From the NCBI GenBank assembly GCA_001816585.1, contig MHCJ01000003.1:650681-714680 (forward strand): 64,000 nucleotides of DNA, in the 5' to 3' direction. Position 1 is the first letter of the stretch. Each line of letters starts with the position of its first letter. Below, in pieces: positions 29,392 to 37,847 of the stretch. The notes under the pieces were generated by a model. It worked only from the letters and a program-made list of their open reading frames with translations. It did not search any database and was not told the DNA's origin. A program made the translations under genes and the position numbers. This DNA comes from Candidatus Chisholmbacteria bacterium RIFCSPHIGHO2_01_FULL_52_32. Its GTDB lineage: Bacteria; Patescibacteriota; Microgenomatia; UBA1400; Chisholmbacteraceae.

Positions 29392-29507
29392 GCAGAAAAA
29401 TGCCCGAAGCAATATCAAGGTGGTGGACGTTCGTGCTCCTACCTCAAGGAACTGGCTGCCGCAGGCCTGGGGTGCTTAGAGTAATCCACCTCCGGGGTGG
29501 TTAATTG

Positions 29508-30479
29508 TTATTCATATTTTTCATTCCAGCGATCAGTCAAAGCTGTGTACGTGTATGCATCAGCTACTAAGTTTGCGTATGTCTCATCATTATTGTAGGT
29601 TTTTGCAATCTTAATGACTTCGTTCCTACGTTCATCGCTAATCCACTCTCCATAAACACGCTGATTGGCGAAATACTCCTTTACGGCTAAGTCTACCGAT
29701 TTTTTATCATTCAGGGGCTTGGTTGAAGTGACTTGCATTATGCCATAAGTTCCTCGTCGGATAATGAGGGATTTGATTCTTTCTAAAAACCTGAACCATT
29801 TTGGTCGCTGGATATTTTCGACAATAGCAACGGCAAGAACGATAGCTTTGTCAGCGTGAAATTGTCTACTCTTTATCTCAATTTCGTCAATTAGGTTGTC
29901 ATCAATTGTTGCAAGCGACCGTTGAAATATCTCTGCTGGATGTTGATCGCGATTTTCGTAAGTCTTGTAAATTAATACAGCTAGACCAGCTCCTACAAAA
30001 GAAGACCATATGTTATCAACAAGTCCCTGCCATGTCGGGAAAAATGAGCCTACATACTTTGAATTTGACGCCCACCCGCTGAAGAATCCAGTAATAGGTA
30101 TGGATAAAATCGAAAAGATATGCACTAAATACTGGGAATATACATTAAAAAATCGTTTCAATCTCCCAGAGCGAATAATTAATTGTAAGAGAGCTCTACC
30201 ATTATGTAATAGGGTATGAAGTGAACCTATAGTAATTCCAACGATGAGATGTTGATTTATTGATAACTTGCTCCCAAACATTGAGATGGCTAAATTTATC
30301 GCAATAAATATTGGGATCATTCGAAAGGAGACGAACCGGAGTGGAGAAATGCTAATAAAAAGACTTGTGAAGTCTGATGTGCCGAAGTAAATATCTGGCC
30401 ATCTGTTTTTGAATATCCAGTAAAATATTTCTATAAAAAACAATCCAGCACTGATAACGATCAAGACATCGGGAATCAT
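29508..30479 (-). CDS. multi-TM protein with C-terminal lysozyme/SLT-like domain
   Basis: About 5 TM segments, then AVAIVEN, TYGIMQV, AKTYN. Confidence 0.65.
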   Translation of the reverse strand: MIPDVLIVISAGLFFIEIFYWIFKNRWPDIYFGTSDFTSLFISISPLRFVSFRMIPIFIAINLAISMFGSKLSINQHLIVGITIGSLHTLLHNGRALLQLIIRSGRLKRFFNVYSQYLVHIFSILSIPITGFFSGWASNSKYVGSFFPTWQGLVDNIWSSFVGAGLAVLIYKTYENRDQHPAEIFQRSLATIDDNLIDEIEIKSRQFHADKAIVLAVAIVENIQRPKWFRFLERIKSLIIRRGTYGIMQVTSTKPLNDKKSVDLAVKEYFANQRVYGEWISDERRNEVIKIAKTYNNDETYANLVADAYTYTALTDRWNEKYE

Positions 30480-30592
30480 AAGAATGATGTGCCAACCTTA
30501 TACTAGCATCAAAAAGTGAACTCTATCGCCGAAAAAATCCGCCCTTGCGAGTCTCAAATAATCTCTATGGCACAGCTTAGTATTAGATTGTT

Positions 30593-32494
30593 TCATCCGG
30601 CCAATATCTTATGAATTCTGTGGGCATATTTATCAATTAACTGGGCCCTTTCAAAATTAATGGCTTCAGGAATATTGCTCTGAGGATATGTTGTTCTTCC
30701 GGTTTCAACTTTCTTTCGAGCAATTTCTCTACAAACAACATCAGTTACTAGCTCACCGATTAATACTCGTGCATATCTTTCGTTTTGATTCTCCCCATAA
30801 GGACCTATGTACATTTTTACTGAAGGTGCTTGCGTCGCAACAGTGATTATTCCGCTAGCTCTATCAAACATAACCCTGTACCGAGGATCTTCTTTGGGGC
30901 TGTATGTAATATCTTTAAAGAGACCTTTATTCTTTGGAAGTCCATCCACAATATCCGTCGGTTCTTTCGGTTTTGAACGAACTTCTATTAGGCACTCTGC
31001 TTTGAGTTCTCCAAATCTGGCGGTAAGCAAACCGAGGGCCCCTACTTGTCTGCCTTCAACTTTTACAGTCTCTGATGCAACATTACCAATTACATCAGAC
31101 TTTTGAAATTGAACTTTTGGCGTATGGACGATGAGCTCTTCTGAATCACTTTGGATTAATATCTCTTTATTGAATGGTATCGTATGGGGAACTAAGGCCC
31201 TAAGAGTAATGCTCTTAATCTTTCCGCTTACTACGGTTGTTATTGGTGGCAGGAAGGCAAAACCATTTTCTGGAATTTCCGGCTGCCTATGTAGGTCCTC
31301 ATCTAATCCAGTATCGCTTACCTCATCTCCAAGTTCCTCTTTTGTAATCTCACCAAGATCCTTCAATAATTTTTTAAATCGTTCTTTGGTTTCTCTTGTT
31401 TCAATATCCCTTTCTTCCTCCTTTCTTCTCATTTTTTCTTCTTTAATAATCGGTTCAAGAATTTCTTCAACGGCCAACTTTAATGATTTTATAAATGGAT
31501 GTTTGTTATTAAGCTCATCTCTTTTATCAGATATCACCTCCTCGCCTGAATTTAATAAGGTGTAAATATATTCGCATGTTACTTGACCAAATAGTCTTTC
31601 TGCTTCAGGGGAACTATCATATTTAAACAGTGTGATATCGTGTATGGCCTTACCATCTGATATTAATAACCCATTCTCTCTGTATGGACCCGCCTCCTCC
31701 CTCCCGCTCAGCGGCAATTCAGATCGATTGATTTCGATAGTAGCGTCGATTCTTTGACCTTTATAGTTAATAAAAAAAGAAGCTTGATATATCTTTTTTC
31801 CTCTTGGTGTTTTGTAGGAAATTTGAACTGGTTCACGCTTTTTATCTCCTTTATCTGATCGCTCAATAAGCTGCACAATCCTGTTTGGATCTTGGAGAAT
31901 GTTTCTCAGACTAAAATACTTCTGTAGTTGTTCTTTTAATCTCTCGAATTGAGGTGTTTTAATTTCTTCTCTGGTAGTTTTAAGTGTTACCTCCGTCCCG
32001 CAATCATAGATTCCTAGTCTACCCTTGTGTGTTGCCTTGACGGTTACAGGTGATTTTGAGTCATAATAAGCTTTATCATCAACATCGCATTCATATAGAT
32101 AGCCGTTTTTTACTGATCTAACTCTTCCATAACCAACGCCTACCATAGCTTCCTTCAATCCTCTTCCATAGTAACCTCTTACTATAGTCGGTGATTCACG
32201 GCCGCTCGTTTCTCCTCCATAACGGCCGATCTTTTCATCCATCTGCTGTCTATCAAAGCCTTCAGCTTGATCGACAACTCGAAAAGTAGATCCTATTCTT
32301 TTTCTTACAATTTCAATATGAATTAATCCTGATGTTTTCGAGTCGCTTTTTTCTATTCGACTATAGCTATCATCAGAATTTGTTATAAGTTCCACAAGAG
32401 CATATACGGGAGAATCTCCAACAAGTTGCTTCGCATTCTGAATTAATACTCTCGTCTCGATGTGTATTGGCCTTCTCTTTGTGTCCATAATCAA
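30593..32494 (-). CDS. GHKL (HATPase/MORC-like) ATP-binding protein
   Basis: ALVELITNSDDS, VDQAEGF, GYYGRGLKEA, GTEV. Confidence 0.85.
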   Translation of the reverse strand: MIMDTKRRPIHIETRVLIQNAKQLVGDSPVYALVELITNSDDSYSRIEKSDSKTSGLIHIEIVRKRIGSTFRVVDQAEGFDRQQMDEKIGRYGGETSGRESPTIVRGYYGRGLKEAMVGVGYGRVRSVKNGYLYECDVDDKAYYDSKSPVTVKATHKGRLGIYDCGTEVTLKTTREEIKTPQFERLKEQLQKYFSLRNILQDPNRIVQLIERSDKGDKKREPVQISYKTPRGKKIYQASFFINYKGQRIDATIEINRSELPLSGREEAGPYRENGLLISDGKAIHDITLFKYDSSPEAERLFGQVTCEYIYTLLNSGEEVISDKRDELNNKHPFIKSLKLAVEEILEPIIKEEKMRRKEEERDIETRETKERFKKLLKDLGEITKEELGDEVSDTGLDEDLHRQPEIPENGFAFLPPITTVVSGKIKSITLRALVPHTIPFNKEILIQSDSEELIVHTPKVQFQKSDVIGNVASETVKVEGRQVGALGLLTARFGELKAECLIEVRSKPKEPTDIVDGLPKNKGLFKDITYSPKEDPRYRVMFDRASGIITVATQAPSVKMYIGPYGENQNERYARVLIGELVTDVVCREIARKKVETGRTTYPQSNIPEAINFERAQLIDKYAHRIHKILAG

Positions 32495-33147
32495 TCCCTT
32501 CTTTTAAGCATCCCCCCGCGTTTTCCTACAAATAGCTCTTCTTTGAAATTTTCCTCACAAAAGTGAAGTAAATTCATAATGTCGTCTCTGCCATATAGCT
32601 CTACATACTGCTTAATTTCAATAAGATTGTCTTTTTTGGTAAGAGGTAGGCTATCCGGTGTACAAAAAATTAATTCATAGAAATCTAATGGCTGAATTTG
32701 ATCTCGTTTCCCAACTTTGTACAAATGGTAAGCCTTACTTTTCTCTATTCTCTTTACGAATATTCCTGCTCTTGTTCTCTCGTCTCCTTTACGTCTAACA
32801 ATAACCACATCTCCTGAAGAAGGGGCTAATTTGTTGTGTATTCTCTCTGCAGCTCTGGTACCAAGAGGTGTGATATTAAATCCCCGAGAAGTACTACCGG
32901 TAATATAATGCTTGTCAGTTCTACATCGGAGCCACGTTTTATTGACTAGGGATGAATCTGGCCACTCTGGGTGTCCGATCAGATGGAATCTAGATGGAAA
33001 AAGTGTAAAAACTTTCTCGACCAGATTCTCAAATGTCGGATTCTTATTCGTTTTAAGCAAGGAAAAAAGTGCGTACGTTACCAATTCGTCATACGAAATT
33101 TTCATGTAAACATCAGGTTCATAAAGCTCACGAGGTTTTGAGATCAT
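32491..33147 (-). CDS. hypothetical protein with probable N-terminal winged helix
   Basis: TFENLVEKVFTLFPSRF..WPDS..GFNITPLG; ATGA overlap on both sides. Confidence 0.75.
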   Translation of the reverse strand: MISKPRELYEPDVYMKISYDELVTYALFSLLKTNKNPTFENLVEKVFTLFPSRFHLIGHPEWPDSSLVNKTWLRCRTDKHYITGSTSRGFNITPLGTRAAERIHNKLAPSSGDVVIVRRKGDERTRAGIFVKRIEKSKAYHLYKVGKRDQIQPLDFYELIFCTPDSLPLTKKDNLIEIKQYVELYGRDDIMNLLHFCEENFKEELFVGKRGGMLKRRD

Positions 33148-33359
33148 AACCTAAATTCCTTCTTCTTTTTCTTAATAAAACGAGCCTTCGTCATCTTAAG
33201 TTGGGAATCGATTGCGTAGAAGATCTTATTGATCTCTTCATCGGAGTAATCGTAATTTGCTCTGTTGGAGAGATTTCCGAGAATTCGAAGTTTCTCGAGG
33301 ACGATATTTGTTCTTTGTACTGCCAGGCGTTTAAATCTATCTTGTCGTGTTTCTGTCAT
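33144..33359 (-). CDS. small conserved-looking hypothetical protein
   Basis: RFKRLA..RT..LGNLSNRANYDYS.EEINKIF. Confidence 0.75.
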   Translation of the reverse strand: MTETRQDRFKRLAVQRTNIVLEKLRILGNLSNRANYDYSDEEINKIFYAIDSQLKMTKARFIKKKKKEFRL

Positions 33360-33681
33360 AGGAACATTATCAATTGTGTATAAACAGCGCTATTATACCA
33401 TATATGGTATCATTTGTAAATATCTAATATTAGAAAATGATAATCTAATATTGCCTGATCTGTATATAAACCTTCACTTGAGATAAATAAAAACTGCCCT
33501 TCCGGGCAGCATTTGATTGTGTTCCTAAATATCCTAGTTCTCAAGTGCTCTTCAAGATATGAACTTTCGCTGATGCTATATCTCAGAGTTAGACACTATT
33601 ACCAGATAATCTGATAGTTTTGTTATTGACACTTTCGTAAAACTTTCATATAGTTTAACCGTTACCTTACAGTTCGTCATT

Positions 33682-35094
33682 ATGCTTACACCTAAACAAA
33701 AGAAAGTACTAGATTTCATAACATCTTTTATCAAGACAAATGACTATTCTCCATCATTAGAAGAAGTCGCGAAGAATTTTAAACTCAAGTCTGTTTCGAG
33801 TGCGCATCAATTTGTTGATGCCCTCCATAAGAAGGGATATTTAAAAAAAATAGAGAATCAACAGCGCTCAATTGAACTAATAATTGGATTGGTAGAGATC
33901 CCTTTATTTGGTTATATTTCCGCTGGTGAGCCTATTGAGGCTATTTCGAATCCAGAACCCATAAAAGTACCTCACAAGATGCTCTCGAAGAGTGGTCTTC
34001 ATTATGCACTAAAAGTTAAAGGCGATAGTATGGTTGATGAAGGAATAAATGACGGAGCTACAGTCATAATTCGAAGACAAGAGACGGCTACGAACGGCCA
34101 AAAGGTAGTCGCTCTTATAAACGGAAATGAAGCGACGCTCAAGAAGATTTATAAAGAGAAGAAAGGTTTTAGACTCCAGCCAGCAAATTCCAGCATGAAG
34201 CCAATTTTCGTAAAAGATTTAATAATTCAAGGAAAAGTGATAGGGGTACTACCAAACTATGAAGATACAACTAGACCTACGGGGAAAATAGCTCAAACCA
34301 AAATTCCTACAAAATTTGCTTTAGACAGGATTATTTCTGGTGATGTTTTAGAGGTAATGTCTCAAATTCCTGATAATAGCATTCATCTAGCTATAACTTC
34401 CCCGCCCTATAATGTGGGTAAAGATTATGACAACCATAATGATCGTATGAATTATCAAGAATATTTAGAATGGCTTGAGAAAGTGTGGAGAGAAACAAAA
34501 AGGGTACTTGTACCAGGGGGAAGGTTTGCACTAAATATTGCTCCGACAGGAATCAAAGATTTCGTACCTATTCACCACGATTTCGCAAATCAATTGCGTA
34601 AAATAGACATGAAATTTAGAACAGAGATTATTTGGTACAAACAAACAATGCTTAAACGTACTGCCTGGGGAAGCTTTAAAAGCCCAGCGAATCCTCATAT
34701 AGTACCATCGTGGGAATATGTATTAGTTTTCTCAAAAGACAAAGACAGGCTGGATGGAGATCAGAAAAACTCTGACATAACAAAGCAAGAGTTTATGGAT
34801 TTCTCTGATGGATATTGGAAAATACAGCCTGAGACAAAACGAAATGGACACCCGGCACCTTTTCCCGAGGAATTAATTTACCGCCTCATAAAATTCTATT
34901 CTTATAAAGGAAATACTATTTTAGATATGTTTGGTGGAACTGGAACAGTTGCAGTAGTGTCCCACAAGACTAAAAGACGTTTTATACATATAGACATTTC
35001 AGAAGAATACAACAGGGTAGCACAAAAACGCTTGGATGCCATCAAAAACCCCCCACAACTTTTTGGAGAGAATTCCTACCGGTTTGCTGCCTAA
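33682..35094 (+). CDS. LexA repressor fused to a beta-class amino (N4C/N6A) DNA methyltransferase
   Basis: LTPKQKKVLDF, SAGEP cleavage site, GDSM and ATLKK dyad; TSPPY (motif IV), HPAPFP, LDMFGGTGT (motif I). Confidence 0.92.
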   Translation: MLTPKQKKVLDFITSFIKTNDYSPSLEEVAKNFKLKSVSSAHQFVDALHKKGYLKKIENQQRSIELIIGLVEIPLFGYISAGEPIEAISNPEPIKVPHKMLSKSGLHYALKVKGDSMVDEGINDGATVIIRRQETATNGQKVVALINGNEATLKKIYKEKKGFRLQPANSSMKPIFVKDLIIQGKVIGVLPNYEDTTRPTGKIAQTKIPTKFALDRIISGDVLEVMSQIPDNSIHLAITSPPYNVGKDYDNHNDRMNYQEYLEWLEKVWRETKRVLVPGGRFALNIAPTGIKDFVPIHHDFANQLRKIDMKFRTEIIWYKQTMLKRTAWGSFKSPANPHIVPSWEYVLVFSKDKDRLDGDQKNSDITKQEFMDFSDGYWKIQPETKRNGHPAPFPEELIYRLIKFYSYKGNTILDMFGGTGTVAVVSHKTKRRFIHIDISEEYNRVAQKRLDAIKNPPQLFGENSYRFAA

Positions 35095-35124
35095 ATACTC
35101 AAAGCGGTTCGAAAAACTATAGAA

Positions 35125-35940
35125 TTAGCCAAATAATGTTTTACCTTCAAGCACCCCTTCATCAATTGGCTCATCAGTAAAATTGGGAACAACCTCTTGT
35201 CTCCAGATCCTTAGGTCGGAAAAAAGCGGTTTTCCTCCGTCAGTCCTGGAAAAATCCAGTTTTTTAACTTGGGAACATTCAGTAGTACTTGGGTGTGTTG
35301 AAAAAACGCGATCCAAATAAGCTTCCGACTTTTTTCGTAAGCTACTTGCTTCATTATCGCCTTTGACGAACTTCTTATCCAAATCTTGAGTTACCAAGCA
35401 ATATTTGATGTTGTTATTTCGAAGTGCTAAAGCCCAGAACAAAACAGCATCGTTTCTGGCATGGTCACTTGTCTTACAGTTTAAAAGCGCAAATACTTTG
35501 AGTCTACCGCCTTGTTCTTTTGATAGCACAACTATATCGGAGTCTGGCCACACGCCGGTGGTTGTTTGAACGCAGCGTCGTCTAGCATCTAAAGTTAAAA
35601 ATCGCACAATTTCCTGGGCTCGTGGCTTTTTTCTGAGATGATCTCCTTTTACGGCCACTATCCCTTCGTTGTTCAAGTTTTCATTTATGATATTTCTAAT
35701 GAATATTTCAAAATTATTTCCACTGGCTGCTACCCAACTCTGCCTTGCCTGGTTTAAATTTCCTCTGCCTTTTTCCTGATAGAGTCTAATGTAAATTTTC
35801 TGAGTAGTCTCCATGACCTTTCTTTCAGGAACTTCCTCCAATTGAACAGTGTTCAAGATCCTCCCTACATCATTAATGGGTTTATTCCCAAAGCTCTGCA
35901 AATCCCGTTTTGCTTTTTGATAAATTATTTCGAAATCCAT
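35125..35940 (-). CDS. type II restriction endonuclease, BsaWI-like
   Basis: RQSWVAASGNNFE, WPDSDIV..NCKTS; convergent with the MTase gene. Confidence 0.7.
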   Translation of the reverse strand: MDFEIIYQKAKRDLQSFGNKPINDVGRILNTVQLEEVPERKVMETTQKIYIRLYQEKGRGNLNQARQSWVAASGNNFEIFIRNIINENLNNEGIVAVKGDHLRKKPRAQEIVRFLTLDARRRCVQTTTGVWPDSDIVVLSKEQGGRLKVFALLNCKTSDHARNDAVLFWALALRNNNIKYCLVTQDLDKKFVKGDNEASSLRKKSEAYLDRVFSTHPSTTECSQVKKLDFSRTDGGKPLFSDLRIWRQEVVPNFTDEPIDEGVLEGKTLFG

Positions 35941-36158
35941 AAAATATTGATTGTGAGTGTACTAATACTAATAGTTTAACACAAACACCAGACTAAAACT
36001 CCGTCCGTATAGATTACCTCGCCGTAATAGCTATTGCAGGTCCAGCATGCAAAAGTATGAAAGGTGTTTACGGGATGTCAAGTGTAGTTTAGCGAGCTTA
36101 AGGGGATTTAGGGGCTCCCAGTGAGATAGGCAAGCCATCTCACGGGATCAGAGAGAAG

Positions 36159-36530
36159 TTAGGGGAGGATCAGCTCCCCTTGCATCCCCGGCCAGAGGCC
36201 TTCGGTCTTTTCAAGCCTGATACGGACAAGGCAAGTGTTGTTTTTAAGATTTGGAAGAGGAGGCAAGACTTGGCCGGGGAACTCCCCGTCTTTGCCGGAA
36301 AGAAGGATTTTCACCTGCGCTCCTTCCGCAAAGTTTCCGATTTCGCTCCAGGGAACCTCAAACTCAAAGTGAAGCGTAGCAAAGTCAAGGATCGCGAATC
36401 CGTACGACCCGGGAGTGATGTAGAGCCCCGGCCGCAAGCCGTCATCCGAAACCACGATTCCCTCAACCGGAGAGGCTAAGGATGTCTGGTCCATCCGGTA
36501 TTTTGCCAGCTCGACTGCCTTGACCGCCGG
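36159..36530 (-). pseudogene. 5'-truncated efflux periplasmic adaptor (HlyD-like) fragment
   Basis: LASPVEGIV..PG...LWPGMQGEL; the upstream part is replaced by a repeat cluster. Confidence 0.65.
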
Positions 36531-36800
36531 AGCCTCGGCGAAGGCGGGCCTCGCCCTTCCGTCCTGTCCCTCGTAGCCCCGCCTTCCACCTGGGAGGTGG
36601 AATAGCCTTGACACCTAGGGATATAGGGATGTTGCGGTCTTTCACCTTAGAGGTGCACTCTTGACCACACCTTGGGTATTTCGTAAAGGTCCGACCTGCA
36701 GTTTCCTCCTCTCGCCTTCCAAACCAGCTTTGGTATTCTCTGGACAAATCGGGTTTTTACAGACGAAGCCGAATCCGACTCGATCCGACCTGCAGGCTAG
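36530..36800. repeat. cluster of family C and B palindromes in inverted orientation, plus a REP-like hairpin
   Basis: CACCTGGGAGGTG, CACCTTAGAGGTG, AGGTCCGACCTGCAG, TCCGACCTGCAGG. Confidence 0.75.
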
Positions 36801-36839
36801 AAAACAGTTCGGGTTTTTGTGCGACGAACATTTTGACGT

Positions 36840-37280
36840 CTATCGATGCTTTTCTACCCATTCCCAGAATTCTTTTGGGGAAAAAACAAGGAGGGGCTTG
36901 AGAGCCTTCCTTACCCGATCTGTGAGGATATGGCCTTTATCAAGAGAAAGAAGGAAATGAGCTCCGGATAGTACAGCCCCTGCAAGAATGGGAGCATCGT
37001 CCGGATCTACGATCACACTATGGAACTTCTTTATGATGTGTCGAGGGGCATCAGAGATCACACGGATCACTTTCTTCTTCAGAAGTGCTTCAAGCTTGTC
37101 CGGATCGACACCCAATTTGTGAAGATGTTTTGTAACTTCTTCAATAACAAATGGGGTGGTGAACAACCGAAGTTTCCCCTTTGCTCCGGCAGAGAGAATT
37201 TTTCTTGAGCCACCACTGGGAGAGGCAAGAGCTGAAAGGATGACCGAGGAATCAAGGAAGACGGTTAATGATTGCCTCAA
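36840..37280 (-). CDS. PIN-domain (VapC-like) toxin
   Basis: FLDSSVI, IEEV, DPDDAPIL, SLDKGH. Confidence 0.88.
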   Translation of the reverse strand: MRQSLTVFLDSSVILSALASPSGGSRKILSAGAKGKLRLFTTPFVIEEVTKHLHKLGVDPDKLEALLKKKVIRVISDAPRHIIKKFHSVIVDPDDAPILAGAVLSGAHFLLSLDKGHILTDRVRKALKPLLVFSPKEFWEWVEKHR

Positions 37281-37503
37281 TGCGCTTCTGCTGTTTTTCC
37301 GTGAGTTGATCATCGGCAATCCACTGCTTCATCTCTCGCAGGGAGAACGACCGCAATTTCTGTTGTTGCCGTTTCACCGGTTTAATCTCCGCAAGCGGGC
37401 GAGAGCGGTAAAACAAGAGTAACGATTTTCCTTCCTCCATCGCAGACCTCAGCTTGGAGAAATCTTCACGGAGTTCCTTGGTGGAAATGGTTTGAATCTT
37501 CAT
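37252..37503 (-). CDS. Phd/YefM-like antitoxin
   Basis: ISTKELRE..GKSLLLFYRSRPLAEIKP; TTGACA-N17-TAAACT directly upstream. Confidence 0.8.
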   Translation of the reverse strand: MKIQTISTKELREDFSKLRSAMEEGKSLLLFYRSRPLAEIKPVKRQQQKLRSFSLREMKQWIADDQLTEKQQKRIEAIINRLP

Positions 37504-37547
37504 GCTGAAAGTTTATCTTAAGATTATCTTTGTGTCAAGTAAAAATA

Positions 37548-37847
37548 GGGTTTAAGGGAAGGTAAGGGTGACTAAGGGTGGATTAAGGGTAATTTGGGCA
37601 AGCTTGTAGCTGGGAGGATTAGGAAAGCTTGTAGCTTGTAGCTTATTAGCTTGTAGATAAAGAGAGAGAAGATTTAGGATTTACGATTTATGATTTACGA
37701 ATAGAGAAATAAGAGAGAAGATTTAGGGATTAGGAATGAGAGAGAAGCCGGAGGTTTACCACAGTACCAGACCAGTCAGACTGGTCGGTACGTGGTTTCA
37801 GTCTCTCGATTGAATGAAGCCCCGAGTCTGACTCGGGGAGGCTTCAC
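37548..37847 (+). repeat. short tandem tracts followed by an IS200/IS605 right-end-like hairpin
   Basis: TAAGGG, AGCTTGT and GATTTAC units; ACCAGACCAGTCAGACTGGTCGGT; GAAGCCCCGAGTCTGACTCGGGGAGGCTTCAC. Confidence 0.7.

Larger units (their letters stand above)
23009..29499 (+). repeat. family C: 13-bp palindromes CACCTCCNNGGTG
   Basis: Copies at 23009, 23517, 23738, 24121, 28248, 28430, 29487 plus degenerate ones; reverse copies at 9447 and 36587. Confidence 0.88.

Noticed and set aside
22761-29504. Classical integron/attC array
   Set aside because: No intI in the window, and I could not fit RYYYAAC...GTTRRRY ends to the repeats; needs IntegronFinder to exclude formally
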